A DNA stretch of 63,086 bases, counting the filler, from Nemertoderma westbladi (Eukaryota; Animalia; Xenacoelomorpha): NCBI GenBank assembly GCA_032718475.1. It is 3 parts of 3 records of this genome, joined end to end, with 100 filler letters (N's around TTAATTAATTAA, not from the genome) between each part and the next. Parts side by side here need not be neighbours in the genome. Positions count along the whole stretch, not along the records: positions 1 to 19,941 come from JAUCBJ010007081.1; positions 20,042 to 48,933 come from JAUCBJ010002290.1; 1 more part is not named here. One strand, given 5' to 3'. The notes beneath the pieces were generated by a model. The model was not told the DNA's origin, searched no databases, and worked only from the letters and a program-made list of their open reading frames with translations. The translations under genes were made by a program, and so were the position numbers. Shown here in pieces: positions 12,969-23,291 of the stretch (its first letter is position 1; every line of letters starts with the position of its first letter).

Positions 12969-14108
12969 TGTCTTTTAGTTAATTAAAACACCTTTAGCAT
13001 ACGACAACAATTTATGCTAATACACAAAACATTAGCCGAAGTCAGCCCATGCGCGATCATTCACCCGATGGATCTACACCCGGGAGACTGAATTCGGATG
13101 CTTAAATTTTATTATTGCAGTGTAAGGTTGCAGTGTATACCTACTGTATTATTCGATAGATCGTTAATAATTAATCTCTGACAGATATTATTGGCTTTCG
13201 GGAAATATTAACAGTTCCTTTAGGACGTGGCGCTTTATCTATTTAAACAGAACTAAGACTTATACTAAAACGCAACGATACTGCTTATGATTGAAGTATA
13301 AAGCGTATTCTTTAGGAAATACTTTGTTACCAATCACAATCATACACACTATTCTGCCGACCGTCAGTATATTTGATCACACATAAAGAGAGCAGCAATT
13401 GACTCACGTAGGGTCTGCTAAATAACATTGGATTCAATACACACCACATTAATATAAATCGCAATTGTTATGTATAGCCGGTCTCTCTAACCTGTAGTGT
13501 ATCAAGAAAATTGGGAATTTGGGTGATTTATCCGTATTATCCAAAGAGCAATATTTCCATCAACAAATATGTACAATTAATAACTGACGGTAAATAACAG
13601 TACAAACAATATGATTAATAGGTAGGTTGATTGATTAGATTGATCGGTAGGGTAACAGTTTATACTTTCGATAATTTAAGCAGTTTTACTAGAGTTCTTC
13701 CCAAAAAGCCGGTGTTATGGCGAAAAAATGGGAACACAACAACAGAATCATATAAAATCATATGACTACTACCACTATACGAGTATACCAAAACTCTTAT
13801 TCCACGAAGCCCCGTTCAACACAGAGGATGAGCAGTGAGATAGGAAATTCAGTTCAGTAGCGCTGGGATAGGTCGAAATCAACGCCTACGCAAATTCTAT
13901 TGGCCGACACGAACAGCAAGGCTAAGGCAACCTCTCTAAGCTAGTTGGCCGATTAAACTGAGCCCAGATATCTCCGTACAGCACATCAGCCAATAAGCTG
14001 GTAGCTTGCACTATTTTAGTTATAAATCCCTTTGAGAGTATTCTAGCGACTGGGGGGGAACTGGCCAGCAAAGGCAAACGTATCAGTTATCCCACAAAAG
14101 CTTTTACA
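12969..14108 (-). repeat. Candidate 5' LTR of BEL/Pao copy 1
   Basis: TGT start is shared with copy 2. The 3' boundary is inferred from AAAAGACA followed by TATAAATTTTGGCAGG; no second LTR is available to confirm it. Confidence 0.55.
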
Positions 14109-14916
14109 GAGTTTCAGTCTATAAATGGATTGCAAATAACAAAGTTGGATAAGATGTTCGCTATCAGACATTTCGCCCTCTAGCGGAAGACCGAGGAACT
14201 GTTTATGACTCAACGTTCCAGTATAGATTGAGCCTCTACTCTAGTAGACACCTGCCAGGTTTCAGCTCAAAAGGATTAAAAACAACCAAATGAGTTCAGG
14301 TTTTCTCTATCAGAGAATTAGCCCTCTAGCGGCAGACGGGGAAATGTAGACAACTCTGCGACTCCGTAAGGATACAGCCTATGCTGTAGTAGACACCTAC
14401 CAAGTTTCAGTCTAAACGGATTGTAAATAGCAAAGTTGGAGAAGATGTTCACTTTTAGATATTTCGCTCTCTAGCGGTAAACTGGGGAACTGTAGACGAC
14501 TCCGCGACTCCGTAAAGATACGGCCTATGCAGTAGTAGATGCCTATCAAGTTTCAGCTCAAGTGGATTAAAAACAACCAAATGAGATCAGGTTTTTACTA
14601 TACGGTAATTCGCCCTCTAGCGACAGACAGGGGAACTGTAGACAACTCTGCGACTCAAAAGATATAGCCTATGCTGTAGTAGATGCCTACCAAGTTTCAG
14701 TCTAAACTGATTGTAAATAACAAAGTTGGAGAAGATGTTAACTTTCAGACATTTCGCCCTCTTGCGGTAGGTAGACTGGGGAACTGTAGAGGACTCTGCA
14801 ACTCCGTAAAGATACAGCCTATGCTGAAGTATATAGCTACCAAGTTTCAGCTCAAAGGCATTAAAAACAACCAAATGAGATTAGGTTTTCACTATCGGAT
14901 AATTCGCCCTCTAGCT
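14109..14916. repeat. ~146-bp tandem array, alternating A/B monomers (~290-bp dimer), ~5.5 units
   Basis: GTTTCAG-TCTA and GTTTCAG-CTCA monomer starts alternate near 14111, 14257, 14401, 14547, 14691 and 14841. Each unit has a CGCCCTCTAGCGG-like motif. Confidence 0.88.
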
Positions 14917-15041
14917 CCCCGCGGAGGAACTTCAGACGGCTCTGAGTATTACAGTACGTTGCAACGAGTTAGGGCAAGACCTTTCTAACAAGCTATAGTA
15001 ATCAAGATTTCATGGAGATGGGTTTGATTGTATAGCCGATG

Positions 15042-15296
15042 GAGACAGGGGGGGGGGGGGGGGGGGTGAAACTGGACGCAAATACCATCTTGGCGAATTA
15101 ATGTCCCGCCTCAATGTTAAATTCTCAATTTAGGGAAAGAAGCAGGTTACAGTGGCACGTTATTTTAACCAAAACAATAAACTAACACAATAGAACAGAT
15201 TACAGTTTTATTTTTGAGAGTAATCAGCTGTTATTTGCGTCGAATTTCCCCTGGAGAGGGATGAATTTTTATTGAGTCGAAAGTCACCCCTATCTG
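15042..15296 (-). mobile_element. Poly-G MITE family, complete copy with 8-bp TSD
   Basis: GAGACAGn...AACTGGACGCAAA start and CCCCTATCTG end; AGCCGATG at 15034-15041 and 15297-15304. Confidence 0.92.
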
Positions 15297-15818
15297 AGCC
15301 GATGACAAAGACACACACAGACCAGACAGACAATAATTGATATTTATACTGTATATATTAGATTTTAGATGTATGTATAATATTAGATAAAATAATAATA
15401 CAGTAGGCCTAAGTAGGCCTACAGAAATAATCACAATTAATTGTAATTAAAAATTCAATCGTTAATAACTTTTGAAGCCTATATTCAATTTCAACCAATT
15501 TTTACATAGACCTACAGTGTGTAGGCCTACATAATTCAGTCATAATTCAGTGAAAAGGGCTCCTTACTACCCCAACTACATCCTGCAACTCTTGCGTTGC
15601 GTCTCTAGTTAATTCACATTTATAATCTTTTGTCACTTACAAAAAGGTCCTTCTTAACCCATTAAATTTATTTTGTCATTCTGAAATTATTTCTACAAAA
15701 TGAATTAAATGTTTATTAATCATGCTGATCTGTGGGTGTCTACCTACCATTGATGCAATGCAGTGAAATAAAATGATATAAACAGTGATATAAACAAAAC
15801 AATAAACGAATTAGTATA

Positions 15819-15990
15819 TGTACAGGTTATAAGACAGAAATAAGCGCTAGATAAAATAGATAAAATAAGCTAGATAAAATAATAAAGATAAATTAAAAAA
15901 AAATAAAAAATCTTCATATATAAAATTCCAATAAAAAGTCGACCGAAAAGTGAAATCCTGGTATTCTTCACATGGGCGATACTGTGTTTA
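15819..15990 (+). repeat. Dispersed repeat, second copy at ~58553-58710
   Basis: Shared TGTACAGGTTATAAGA...TTCATATATAA...TCGACC(G/T)AAAAGTGAAA...CCTGGTATT. Confidence 0.65.
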
Positions 15991-16026
15991 TACTACTATC
16001 GGCATGCTACATTGCAGCTGGGTTAA

Positions 16027-16410
16027 TTACGAATGCTGTCTCGGCTTGTCGTCAAAATTGCGCCGCCACAACTCCCCTTCAAGGCCAGTGCCCTTTAAAA
16101 TGCGTCTCAAGAACGTCATGGGTTGTCCACCATGCTTATTGATTCCATAAGGCCGCCAAGCAAAAGATTATCCACTGGCTGGTCCTCACGGCGAAAGCAT
16201 TGTCCTGCAAAGCGGAGGCGGTTCCGTTCAATTGTCAAGCTAGGGGAGATTAATGGAACACCTCCAATGTTGTATAGAGTCTGGTTGGAGATGTGTGCAT
16301 TGTACTTGACACAATGAACCCGGAGTATCATTCTTGTATAAGTGCCATCCAGAGATTTGGTATCCTCTGAAGTCAAAGCCCAGCATGGACTCCCATAAGA
16401 ATAAACTGTA
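16027..16410 (-). pseudogene. RTE-clade LINE ORF2 C-terminal fragment
   Basis: YGSPCWALT..SLDGTYTRMILRV...HISNQTLY...RNRLRFAGQCFRR..QPVDNLLL resembles RTE-type C-termini; frameshifted near its end. Confidence 0.75.
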
Positions 16411-16756
16411 TATAGGCGAGGCCTGCCGTCATCGCCAGTAAAGGGTCCTCTCGTCTAGGATATTTCTTGTCGCAATCAAAACTGTATCCTCCCCAGTGGA
16501 AAATCGTTGTAAATAATAATTAATCACGACTCACGACCAAAAGTAACATGACTATTCACTCTCATTTTGTTTTGATTAACATACCACTGGAACCTGTTCC
16601 TTTCCCTAAATATAAAATGAAGGTTGATTACTACATCTTAAATATTTATTAACAAAGATCGTAAGTACAGTATACTGTATAAAGTAAGTTATTTGTAAAT
16701 AGTCCTGCGCTTTAGAGATACCATATGTAAAACTTCTGCGACAAACGCTCTGGCTT

Positions 16757-18325
16757 CTACTTGGGTGGTTCACCATTGGGGTAGTTTTCTATACTTGCTA
16801 TTGTGGATAGTCTCTGTCTAGGGTTTGGGCGCCTTACCACATCGGCTACGGCTTCTGAAACAGATCTCATTAGATTACTATCAACACTACTGCCTTCCTC
16901 TCGCATATTTGCCTTATGCGTGCTATCTAAAATAATTTCGCCTCTAGAAACACTTTTGTAAAAGGGTTCGTCTAATTGTTTGAAATATTCCAAGACATCA
17001 CGGCTTAATTCCATGATTTTTTTATTCCAATGGAAATTTTTCACCGTTACTAAACCGGAATATAGAATTGGTAGAAAATCTTTGTATTTACGCGAAATAA
17101 ATTTCACTACTGATTCAATGTCCCACGACATTAACACTGCTTCGCATACTAAACTGTGAGATGATTTAAGACAAATTGAAAATTGTTGAAATATAATTTT
17201 CGCGGGGATTACAATTTGGGTTCTTGGGACATACTGCTTCGAGGTTATATCAAAATTGTCCTGCTTTGACATGAGATCCAAAATTTCCTGCATTTCTTTA
17301 ACGAAACATACTTCCTTTTGAGATGAATTTTTAGGCCAGAACTTGACCAGTCTCTTTACTACGACAGTAATAAGTTGGAAGTCTTTCCGAATGAATGCGA
17401 GAACACAATTGCAAAGTGACCAAAAAAACGATGGCAATGTTTCATGTGAATGAAGTGGAAGAATAACTTTATCCAGAAAAACGATGTGTTCTTTGCCAAT
17501 AGGACAGTTGAAGCCATCTATGATGCTCGGGAGAATATCCAAAATTTCTTTAACACCAGCGAATGAATAATCCTCGTAGCTGAAACGGAGCAAAATAAAC
17601 TGAATGTATTTACGGATTATAAGTCGCAAAGGGCGCATTTTGAGATATATATGATGCAACAGTGTCTTTACTTGCTCTCTCTCCCGCCTGTCGTACGCAG
17701 TAAACAGCTCAATGAGGAGGCTAATATACTTCTTGGTGAAAGCAGGCAACGCAAGTTCGTAGTTGAATTCTTTATTTTCCAAGAATTTTATATAGAATTC
17801 GTAAACTGGCTTGAGTTCATCCCAACCTGGATCACACAATCCGTCGTCTTCCATTGGGTCGAACGTAACCTCAACATTCGGTATCGTACGGAAAGCATTA
17901 ACTGCAAACATCTTAACCACAGCGGCGTATATTGCGATATCAGCTACATTCGCGTAACTGTAATTGATAACATAATCAGTTAGCTCTTGCAGTGTTTTCA
18001 TTTTAACTGCTCTAGATTCATTATCCGTATCTGTGACGTCATAAACATTGTAACATTGCTCGATTTTATTGAGGAACGCGGTGTGTCTTTCCCTCTGCGG
18101 CACACCCACTATGCGTGGCAGTTCGTGTAACTTCCTTTGGGTTTTATAACCATCTGTTGCTAAACTGCTGGTTAGCCTCCCGCGTTTGATTGCACCACTC
18201 AAAGATCTTGACAAATTGTCGACATCATCGCCGAGGTGTTCACTGGATACTCTGTTGAGGTTTTTTAATTTATGGCTGATCCGACTCAATATTCCTTCTT
18301 CCTTAGACATTATTTTATTATTCAC
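16757..18325 (-). CDS. Protein phosphatase 2A regulatory subunit B56/B' family (PPP2R5-like), divergent, single ORF, 522 aa
   Basis: B56 motifs KMKTLQEL, MFAVNAFR, FDPMEDD, W..L..VYEF, DRRERE.VKTLLH.IY, EILDILPSIIDGF, EH..FL.KVILPLH, KFWPK.SS.KEV.F..E, HWN. Minus-strand AATAAA at 16645-16650. Confidence 0.95.
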   Translation of the reverse strand: MNNKIMSKEEGILSRISHKLKNLNRVSSEHLGDDVDNLSRSLSGAIKRGRLTSSLATDGYKTQRKLHELPRIVGVPQRERHTAFLNKIEQCYNVYDVTDTDNESRAVKMKTLQELTDYVINYSYANVADIAIYAAVVKMFAVNAFRTIPNVEVTFDPMEDDGLCDPGWDELKPVYEFYIKFLENKEFNYELALPAFTKKYISLLIELFTAYDRREREQVKTLLHHIYLKMRPLRLIIRKYIQFILLRFSYEDYSFAGVKEILDILPSIIDGFNCPIGKEHIVFLDKVILPLHSHETLPSFFWSLCNCVLAFIRKDFQLITVVVKRLVKFWPKNSSQKEVCFVKEMQEILDLMSKQDNFDITSKQYVPRTQIVIPAKIIFQQFSICLKSSHSLVCEAVLMSWDIESVVKFISRKYKDFLPILYSGLVTVKNFHWNKKIMELSRDVLEYFKQLDEPFYKSVSRGEIILDSTHKANMREEGSSVDSNLMRSVSEAVADVVRRPNPRQRLSTIASIENYPNGEPPK

Positions 18326-18674
18326 ATTACAACAGTGTACCGGTACACATCTTTAGTTCTACATAAAAAGTCCAGCAATAAAAAATTACCTTTGTGTAAC
18401 GTAGCCATTTACTGTTTGAACATCCGGGTAGATTTTGTTCTACGAACTTTGGGAGTTAGTGCAAAAAAATATAGCAGGATATGAAAGTTCAGGAGTTCAT
18501 TCCAAAATGTGAACTTAATGATGTTAGTATTAGCAGCGAGTGCTTTACAGTACTGTACTGTATATCACTTTATGTATTTTATGCATAATATAACATATAG
18601 ACGTTACCTCCAAAACAAAATACAATATATCTAAATAATTAATGTATGGGGTATTCTGTTCCTACAGAAGACTA

Positions 18675-19122
18675 AGGCCCCCCTCACACGGAGCAACTTG
18701 TTTCTGAACCTTGTTGCTGGACCCCCCTCACACACAGAAACTTGTTGCTGCAACTTGTTTCCGAAACTTATTTCTGTGTGTGAGGACTCCAGCAACAAGT
18801 TTCTGCAACTTGTTTCCCCAACTTATTTCTGTGTGTGAGGGAGTCCAGCAACAAGTTGCTGGAAGTTATATTCCCAGCAACTTTTTGAAAAACTTTTATT
18901 ACATTCCATTTTGATACTAGCTAATATTAGATAATTTGAGTGATGTGATATTATATACAAATGACTGGACATGTTAGCTATTTATTTGGAAATAATTGTT
19001 ATTTTCTTCAGCAACAAGTTTCTGTGTGTGAGGGGGTCCAGCAACAAGTTGCAGAAACAAGTTTCGGAAACAAGTTGCTGAAACAAGTTGCAGAAACAAG
19101 TTGCTCCGTGTGAGGGGGGCCT
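18675..19122. mobile_element. MITE with AGGCCCCCCTCACACGGAGCAACTTG TIRs (PIF/Harbinger-like termini)
   Basis: TA-AGGCCCCCCTCACACGGAGCAACTTGTTTCTG ... CAGAAACAAGTTGCTCCGTGTGAGGGGGGCCT-TA with internal GCAACTTGTTTC repeats. A right-end fragment also occurs at about 51025-51101. Confidence 0.88.
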
Positions 19123-19315
19123 TAAATAATTTTTAAATAGCAGCTGGAATTGTTGAATGTTGAAATAGTGTTTTTTATTTTAATTTTTATTAATTTACTT
19201 TAAATTATCCCCTTTATTGTTTGCAAAAGTGCGGATAATAAAGACTTTAATTTCCGCATTATAGGCGACAATAAAGTAATTATCCAACCAATCTTCCAAA
19301 AATGCGTATAATTAA

Positions 19316-19735
19316 AGGTAACAGTTCCGTATAGAACTACATTTTTATAACACGAATCATTGTTACCATGGCATCATTGTAGAGTTCTAGAACAAAATAT
19401 TAATATTATACAGTACATTATTGCAGAACATGAATAAAATAAAAAAGATAATGTTCTAGAACATATAGCTAGTTATTTTTCAAATTGAAAATTGCTAGTC
19501 AATCAATATAAATTTAAATGTATTCAGAAATTTATTTAAAAATAATATTTTTTGAATTTACTGGGTATTTTAAAATAAAAAAAATAGCTATATGTTCTAG
19601 AACATTATATTTTTCTTTTATTTATGTTCTAGAATACTTTTATATTGTTTTAGAATTCTTCAACGGTGCCACAGTAACCATGGTATACCGGTATGTTTTA
19701 AAAATATAATGTAGTGCTATACCCAACTCTAACCT
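19316..19735. mobile_element. Fold-back non-autonomous element, TTAA-AGG...CCT (Kolobok-like)
   Basis: AGGTAACAGTTCCGTATAGAACTACATT versus AATGTAGTGCTATACCCAACTCTAACCT, with inverted similarity continuing inward. It sits inside an older repeat also seen at about 51335-51525 (-). Confidence 0.65.
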
Positions 19736-19941
19736 AATAAAATAATTATCCACTCAACGATCTAGAAGATTATTCTGCTGATTTCTCGCCATCACTACCG
19801 TATGTACCGGTACAACACATCTGGATTTTTTTAATGTGTATTTTTATGTGCTTTTTTTGGTTTTAATTAGTGTTCTAGAACATACAGTAGTTGGACATTC
19901 CCACAATATTATGGTAGCTATTGAGTATTTCAGATAGGGGG

Positions 19942-20041
19942 NNNNNNNNNNNNNNNNNNNNNNNNNNNNNNNNNNNNNNNNNNNNTTAATTAATTAANNN
20001 NNNNNNNNNNNNNNNNNNNNNNNNNNNNNNNNNNNNNNNNN
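19942..20041. other. Assembly spacer N44-TTAATTAATTAA-N44
   Basis: Exactly 100 nt with a linker that has stops in all six frames; identical to 48934-49033. Confidence 0.98.
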
Positions 20042-20725
20042 ATTAATTATACGGATCTCTTTGATTTTTATATTTTTTACCCATAGCAACATAGTTGTTA
20101 CATAGCAACAATTTTCTCTAATTTGGTGGAGACAAAACGGAGTCTAAAATTAATATCGATTGACTGGACTTCTACTTCTACATACATACTGTAGTTTCCA
20201 GTTTAAGTTTCTTTTTTTTTTCCATATTTAGTCCATTTTTTCCGTTTCTCCATTTAGTTAAATTAACATTTAAAATGATTTGAACAACCGCAAAATATTT
20301 AAATTTAAATGGGCATTTATAGCTAAATGTACGCAGTACTGGCAGTGGCAGGCTGCCTGACTGGAATATTTACATTGACCGCGCCGCAGAACGCGCGCGA
20401 CGCGGCAGTTAGATTTTAGTGGGCCGCACTACAGAACTACAAATTCAACTGTATACATAGTATACCGCGGTCTGCTGACTGCTGGTACTGAAACGACAAG
20501 TATTTACTGTATTACGACAAATACAGTAGGCCTACGGCATTTTCAAATTTGTTGGCGGTGTTTCTGTTTAAAGAGATACCAGGTAGCCTAATGCAGTGAA
20601 ATTAAATTAGAGAACGAGTCAAAGTCAGAAAGGAGTTAAACATTAACAGTATGTATAATGTATTGATAGTCAGATAGTAGGAGTAGGACGTTTGTTTGAC
20701 ATATTTCTGACGCTGTATTTACGTA

Positions 20726-22084
20726 TTTAGTTTAGTTTAGTTTAGTTTAATACGCCAAATGCAAATAAAAATTAATACATACAGCACATAAATTCTTATA
20801 AAACACAATGAACTGGCAAATCTATAAGGATTCTACGCATATGCGTATATTTCTTTTATGAAGTACTGCAGGTAAGTTACATACATTATAGGTACAAACC
20901 ATGGCCTTCTAAACAACTTGTTTAGAAGGCCATGGTACAAACACATAACTTATTACAAACATAAATAAACAATAATCAGATAGTGGGGTTCAAAATTATA
21001 CGACGTAGATTGTAAGTAAAAATCACAATGTTGATAATTTTACATATTGCAATAATAAAAAAAATAAACATTAAAAAATTTAGTTGGCACGTTATGATTA
21101 AAATGTTTCTATTAAAAACGATACAGTAAAAACTTCGATGTGTGCAATAATATAAAAAAAAAACAAATAAAAAATAATAAAATAATAAAAAATACTGTGC
21201 ACTTCATATGAAAATATTAAAAACAAAGAACCTGATATTTAATTAAGTAAAAATTGTAATTACAATGATACAAAAGTAAAATTTAATTTAATATAAGTAC
21301 CGATGGAATGTAAACTGGGCAGTAGCAACTTATCTAACTGGTACATCACTATAAATATTCATTTTGGACTTCATGGCACAATCAAGACGATTTTTAAATA
21401 AGTTTACACAAGGATTACCATGAAAATCTCGAGCATTAACAACATTCTCATCCAACATATTCCATAAGTTTATTACACGAGACGCAAAACTGTTAGTGTG
21501 GAACAGATGTTGACCCGCGGTGTTTCGTTTGTACAATGTCAGTGATGAACCTCTTGTCGAATATGAGTGACGCTGGCTTCTGAGTTCAAAAAATTTACTA
21601 TAGTCTACGTTATCAAGTTTGTGAACAAACTTGTACAGTATGTTGATATCATATCCGCTTTAGCTCGTCTGTAAATCAGTGTCGGTATTTTAAGTGAACG
21701 AAGACGCTCCTCATATGACAGATGCTGTAGTGAAGGTACCATACGGGTTGCGCGGTGTTGCACTTGTTCTATGTGCTCGATATCCTTATGAAGATACGGT
21801 GACCATTCAACTGCACCATATTCGAGTAGCGGACAAATTATAGACTTATATAACTTAGTAAACCTTATCGGTTCCATAAACGTGAATCTGTGTTTTACTA
21901 AGTTAAGAATATATGTCGCACGAGCAGCAATATTAGAACAATGAGCAGAGAATGACATATTGGAACTAAAAGTACGTTCTGGAGGCATACTGCCTCCAGA
22001 ACTGTGTTAGAAATGTAGTTTGGCGTTGATTGATTTCTACTACCAAGGTGAAGTATTTTACACTTTGAAAAATTAAACTGTAAG
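20726..22084 (-). mobile_element. Decayed CR1-clade LINE 3' portion, truncated by BEL copy 2
   Basis: LQFNFSKCKILHLG, LYKSIICPLLEYGAVEWSPY..KDIEHIEQVQHRATRMVP, LSYEERLRSL, STRG, FASRVINLWNML; frameshifted; candidate ATTAAA(CTAAA)n tail at about 20726-20752. Confidence 0.85.
20900..20934. mobile_element. 35-bp palindromic micro-MITE with 8-bp TSD (CATGG termini)
   Basis: GTACAAAC-CATGGCCTTCTAAACAA-C-TTGTTTAGAAGGCCATG-GTACAAAC: perfect 17-bp arms and a perfect 8-bp direct flank. Confidence 0.85.
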
Positions 22085-23291
22085 TGTAAAAGCTTCTGTG
22101 GGATATAACTGGCCCTTTTGCTTCGCAATCCAGTTTCCCCCCTAGGCGCTGGAATACTCTAAAAGGCTCTCTAACTATATATAATTTCCCCTCGCCCGCA
22201 AGGTACCGTTATAGGTGTTTTAACGGACATAAAAGTCATTCTTCTATATACGTGTTTTGGCGGACATGGTAAGGCAAAAAACCTGCAATGCACCAAATAC
22301 CTTTCACAGCTTAGCCGTGATGATTCATATTACGACATCTAACAGCTGGTTGCTGACATGGAAACAGCCATTGGCCACATGGTTCTTTGTTTGGTTTGAG
22401 CCAATCAGAGCGATTTTTTCTGTCGACGTGTAGATATTCGGCCGATGATACTGGGAGTGTTCAGTCTTACGGTTTTTTGTGATACTGTTGTGTTATTGCT
22501 ATCTAGGCCAGGAACACCGGCTCTAGAGTCAACTCGGTTTCATACTTTAGAAGAAACATTAGTAGGCTTAAATTATAGAGCGTATAACCGTTATCTTATC
22601 TAATCATATCAACTGATCGCAATTCAGTCTTACATTATCGGTTCAATATACATTATTATACTGCTATTTACTATTGTTTGGTTGAATATTATTTGGAGAA
22701 CATTTATAAAGAACCCAAATTTCCCAATTTTCTTGATGCACTACAGGTTAGAGAGACGGGTTATATATAGCGATTGCGACTTATATTATTGTGTATGTAG
22801 TGAATTTAATGCTATTTGATAAGCACTACATTGGTCCGTTGCTGTTCTCTTTATATATGATAAAAATCATTGACGGTCGGCAAATTAGTGGGCAGTATTG
22901 TGTGTTACCGGTAGTGTGCATGATTGTGACTGATAACTAAGCATTTCCTAAAGAATGCGCCTTATACGTGAATCATAAGCCTTACCGACTTGCCGTTGTG
23001 ATTAGTATAAGTCATATCTCTGTTTACCTAGATAGAGCGCCACGTCCTAAAGGAACTGTTAATATTTCCCGAAAGTGAATAATATTAGTCAGAAATTATT
23101 TATTAACGATCAATCGAATAATACAATACAGTAAGCTTACACTGCAATAATAATCTAAGCCCTCAGAATCCAGCCCCCCGGGTATATCCAGCGGGTGAAT
23201 GGACGCGCACTAGGCTGGCTTCTGCTAATGTTGTGTTTATTGGTATTAAATATTTGTCATCTTCTAAAGTCTATTTATAAACCAAAAGACA
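22085..23291 (+). repeat. Candidate 5' LTR of BEL/Pao copy 2
   Basis: The start is fixed by homology with 14108(-). The end is inferred from ...AAAAGACA before TATAAATTTTGGCAGG. Confidence 0.55.

Larger units (their letters stand above)
1..14108 (-). mobile_element. BEL/Pao LTR retrotransposon, copy 1 (5' LTR + leader + gag, interrupted by a 7.5-kb insertion; runs off the left window edge)
   Basis: Reverse complement aligns with 22085-28777: shared LTR start TGTAAAAGCTT(T/C)TGTGGGATA at 14108, shared leader, and gag start MSDTQQNLSDSLIDTTICD at 10757. Confidence 0.93.

Noticed and set aside
19986-19997. TTAATTAATTAA as a biological motif
   Set aside because: Artificial six-frame-stop linker centred in N runs.
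23100-23240. HDV-like ribozyme reading of the covarying stem (followed by CTAATG)
   Set aside because: No P1/P2/P3 pseudoknot or GG before the stem could be built; kept only as a structured element.
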